Source: Lentisphaeria bacterium
GTDB lineage: Bacteria; Verrucomicrobiota; Lentisphaeria; JABSQK01; JAWLHB01
Direction of reading: 5' to 3'
NCBI GenBank assembly: GCA_041690595.1
Contig: JAWLHB010000038.1
Span: 56,948-76,947 of the forward strand
Length of the DNA stretch: 20,000 bases
Shown here: positions 17,785-20,000 of the stretch, in pieces
How positions within the stretch are numbered: position 1 is the stretch's first letter
Layout of the letters: every line of letters starts with the position of its first letter
Notes under the pieces: model-generated
Told to the model about the DNA's origin: nothing
Database searches by the model: none
The model's input: only the letters and a program-made list of their open reading frames with translations
Translations under genes and position numbers: made by a program

Positions 17785-19137
17785 ATGCGCAGGTGGCGAA
17801 TAACGGTCGGGCTGGTCGCGGTGATCCTGATAGCTGGTGGCTTCCTCGGTTGGCATACCATGCGTAAACCTCGAGCAGCGCTGCCGCTGACCGTCCTTTT
17901 CAGTTGTGACACTCAGGGGCGGCTGGAACCTTGCGGCTGCTTCACCGGGCAGTACGGGGGGATGACGCGCATTCATACGCACATGCAGGAAATGTCGAGC
18001 GATCATATGCTCCGGGTTGATGTGGGCGATGCCATGCCGGGTACCGAAGACTATCGCCAGATTCAGTATCAGTTTGTCCTGAAAGCCTTCGCCGCCATGC
18101 AGTATGATGCGCTGAATCTGGGGCACCGCGAGATCCGTCTCTCTGCCGGCGAACTGGCGGAACTGCGAAAGGGCGGAACTCCACTCGTCAGTGCCAACGT
18201 GATGGAGGCAGAGCGCGGGGAGCTGATCTTTCCGGGCTATCGGCTGGTCGAGCGCGGCGGTTACACGATCGCCATAGTGGGCGTCGTCGATCCTCGGGGG
18301 ACGCGGGATATCATGGGCTCCGGCCTGCGGATTGCCCCGATGCAACTGGCGATCGCCAACCTCCTGCCGGCCATTGCCGATGCGGACATGCGGGTACTGC
18401 TGGCCTTCACCGATGTAGAAAGCCTGCGATCGCTGGCGCGGGAATTCTTTGAGTTCGATCTGGTTCTCGGCGGGAAGGTGGCTCAGCCATCGCAGGAGGT
18501 AACGCGTGAAAATCGCGGCGTGATCCTCTACACCACCAATGAAGCGCGCACGCTGGGCGTCGTTCGCGGCGAGGTGCGCCCGGACGCTGGCTTCGCCATG
18601 GCCGACTGGGATATTCACCTGCTGCACGATAACATCGCCGAAGCGCCAGAGATCCTTGCCATCATCGATAGCTATCGCCAGGACATCGCGAACCGTCCGC
18701 TGGCAATAGATCGCCTGCAGGCGACGGAAGGGCAGGTGCCGGGAGTCGCAAACCAAGCTACCTACGTGGGCACTGAAGCCTGCATCGCCTGCCACGAGGA
18801 CGCGGCGGAGATCTGGTCCAAGACGCGGCATGCGCAGGCCTTCGAGGCGTTGCGAAAACGCGAATCGGCGTCCGATCCGCAGTGCATCGGCTGCCACACC
18901 ATCGGCTTCGGCAAGCCCTCCGGCTACCGCCGGTCGATGGCTGGCGCGGAGCTGGTGAATGTTGGTTGCGAGTCGTGCCATGGCCCCGGCAGCGAGCATG
19001 TTCAGCAGCGTACCGCGGGAGACGGAGCCCTCTTCCGCTTTCGACCGCTGGGAGCCGGCGACTGCAAGCGCTGCCATTACGGCGAATTCAGTCGCCCTTT
19101 CGCTTGGGACGACTTCTGGCCATCTGTTGCCCACTAA
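17785..19137 (+). CDS. UshA/5'-nucleotidase-like (metallophosphoesterase-fold) domain fused to a tetraheme cytochrome c (c554-like)
   Basis: N-terminal signal/anchor, then LFSCDTQGRLEPCGC..GGMTR, VDVGDA, YDALNLGHRE, LVSANV, IAIVGV and DLVLGG. Four CxxCH motifs: CIACH 18781, CIGCH 18883, CESCH 18967 and CKRCH 19063, with YVGTEAC and VGCESCHGPGSEH. Confidence 0.9.
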   Translation: MRRWRITVGLVAVILIAGGFLGWHTMRKPRAALPLTVLFSCDTQGRLEPCGCFTGQYGGMTRIHTHMQEMSSDHMLRVDVGDAMPGTEDYRQIQYQFVLKAFAAMQYDALNLGHREIRLSAGELAELRKGGTPLVSANVMEAERGELIFPGYRLVERGGYTIAIVGVVDPRGTRDIMGSGLRIAPMQLAIANLLPAIADADMRVLLAFTDVESLRSLAREFFEFDLVLGGKVAQPSQEVTRENRGVILYTTNEARTLGVVRGEVRPDAGFAMADWDIHLLHDNIAEAPEILAIIDSYRQDIANRPLAIDRLQATEGQVPGVANQATYVGTEACIACHEDAAEIWSKTRHAQAFEALRKRESASDPQCIGCHTIGFGKPSGYRRSMAGAELVNVGCESCHGPGSEHVQQRTAGDGALFRFRPLGAGDCKRCHYGEFSRPFAWDDFWPSVAH

Positions 19138-19151
19138 GGGGAGGTACAATC

Positions 19152-19883
19152 ATGAACTGTCGCTTTTTCTGCTTGATCCTTCTGCTCGTGCCGATGCTCT
19201 GTCGGACGGATGAACTGCGGTGGGAATCCGATCCAGACCAGGCATTGGCACGGGCGACAGAGACGAAAAGACAGGTGCTGATCGATTTCAAGGCGCAGTG
19301 GTGCCGATACTGTCGCCTGATGGAAGAGACGACCCTTGCCGATCCGGTCTTGCGGCGGCACCTGGCTGAGCGGGTGCGCCTGCGCATCGACTTCGAGCGC
19401 CAACCGGCTGTGGTCGCCAAGTACAGCGTCCACACGCTTCCGACCTTTGTGCTGCTCGATGCCGATGGCCGGGAGCTTGGTCGGCTGACGGGCTATCGCA
19501 CCACCGACGAGTTTCGCAACTGGCTCGAGCAGCCGCAAGCCCCCCATGCGGACCCCAACGATGTCGGGGAAAGCGATTGGCAGAGCTGGAGTGAAGAAGA
19601 GAAGAGGTCCAAGACCTCGCTCATCATGGCGCGGGTCATTGCGGACAAGCGGGGGACTGGAACGGATGCGGAGTATGCCTACCTGACCGGAGCGGTGGCG
19701 GCAGAACCGGGACTCTTCGTCGAGTATCTTCAGGACCCCCGGCTGGCCATGCGCATCCTGACGGGAAATCTTCTGACTCAGGCCCTGAAGAACGATTTCG
19801 GCTATGATCCATGGGCCGGTCAGGAAGAGCGGGAGGCGGCGATCTCGCGTCTCAAGGATCATCTCGCGGGGGCCGGCCAATGA
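19152..19883 (+). CDS. Exported thioredoxin-family protein (DsbD-gamma/SoxW-like) with a C-terminal helical extension
   Basis: Strong SD AAGGGGAGG before ATG 19152; the track start at 18882 overlaps the cytochrome gene. Hydrophobic signal peptide, ALARA..VLIDFKAQWCRYCRLM, cis-Pro loop YSVHTLPTFVLLDADGRE and RLTGY. Confidence 0.9.
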   Translation: MNCRFFCLILLLVPMLCRTDELRWESDPDQALARATETKRQVLIDFKAQWCRYCRLMEETTLADPVLRRHLAERVRLRIDFERQPAVVAKYSVHTLPTFVLLDADGRELGRLTGYRTTDEFRNWLEQPQAPHADPNDVGESDWQSWSEEEKRSKTSLIMARVIADKRGTGTDAEYAYLTGAVAAEPGLFVEYLQDPRLAMRILTGNLLTQALKNDFGYDPWAGQEEREAAISRLKDHLAGAGQ

Positions 19884-20000
19884 GACGAGTGGGCGCAAGC
19901 GGATACCTCTTTCTCTGGATCGGCTTCTGCTTGTGTGCAGTCGGCACCAGGGGCGACGAACTGGCAACGCGACTGATTGCTATCGAGCGGCTCGCGCAGC
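19880..20000 (+). CDS. N-terminus of a further operon gene, probably secreted; truncated by the window edge
   Basis: ATGA overlap with the thioredoxin stop and open to the edge: MRRVGASGYLFLWIGFCLCAVGTRGDELATRLIAIERLAQ, which is signal-peptide-like. Confidence 0.65.
   Translation, partial: MRRVGASGYLFLWIGFCLCAVGTRGDELATRLIAIERLAQ

Noticed and set aside
17932..17940. Selenocysteine recoding in the UshA-like protein
   Set aside because: Both codons are TGC and there is no in-frame TGA, so this copy is the Cys form.
18882..19151. Extended N-terminus of the thioredoxin ORF as given in the track
   Set aside because: It overlaps the heme domain of the upstream gene. ATG 19152 has a strong SD and gives a proper signal peptide.
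8041..19967. Long minus-strand ORFs (8041..9015, 8937..9932, 9887..11722, 12897..14081, 14393..16615, 17077..19149, 19134..19967)
   Set aside because: They are antisense shadows of the well-supported plus-strand operon genes and carry no recognisable domains.
1..20000. CRISPR arrays, tRNA/rRNA, IS or integrase genes, defence systems
   Set aside because: I saw no repeat-spacer arrays, RNA gene signatures or transposase/recombinase motifs, and the intergenic gaps are all short (under about 235 nt).

Overview
This GC-rich bacterial window is almost entirely coding; its gene content resembles the PVC superphylum (inference). The left part holds five genes. They are a large secreted CBM9/DOMON-like plus DUF6067 (GH123-like) protein that runs off the left edge and is absent from the ORF track, an orphan HisKA_3 membrane sensor kinase, a PAL-like NHL beta-propeller protein ending at a bidirectional terminator, a 74-aa hypothetical protein, and an intact hypF with no other hyp or hydrogenase genes in the window. 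From 7921 to beyond 20000 there is one tightly coupled operon of at least 9 genes. Its core is a MoxR AAA+ ATPase, DUF58, BatA/vWA, vWA/GATase-like and a DUF4175-like coiled-coil membrane protein. Exported Cys/heme proteins follow: a DUF4159 protein with a CCCC motif, a degenerate 5'-nucleotidase (UshA-like, CGC motif) fused to a tetraheme cytochrome c, a thioredoxin-like protein (CRYC), and a truncated, probably secreted protein. This Bat/MoxR-type chaperone operon joined to an extracytoplasmic thiol/heme redox module is the best candidate for an undescribed system. I saw no RNA genes, CRISPR arrays or mobile elements. Family assignments come from motif recognition by eye, not from database searches.
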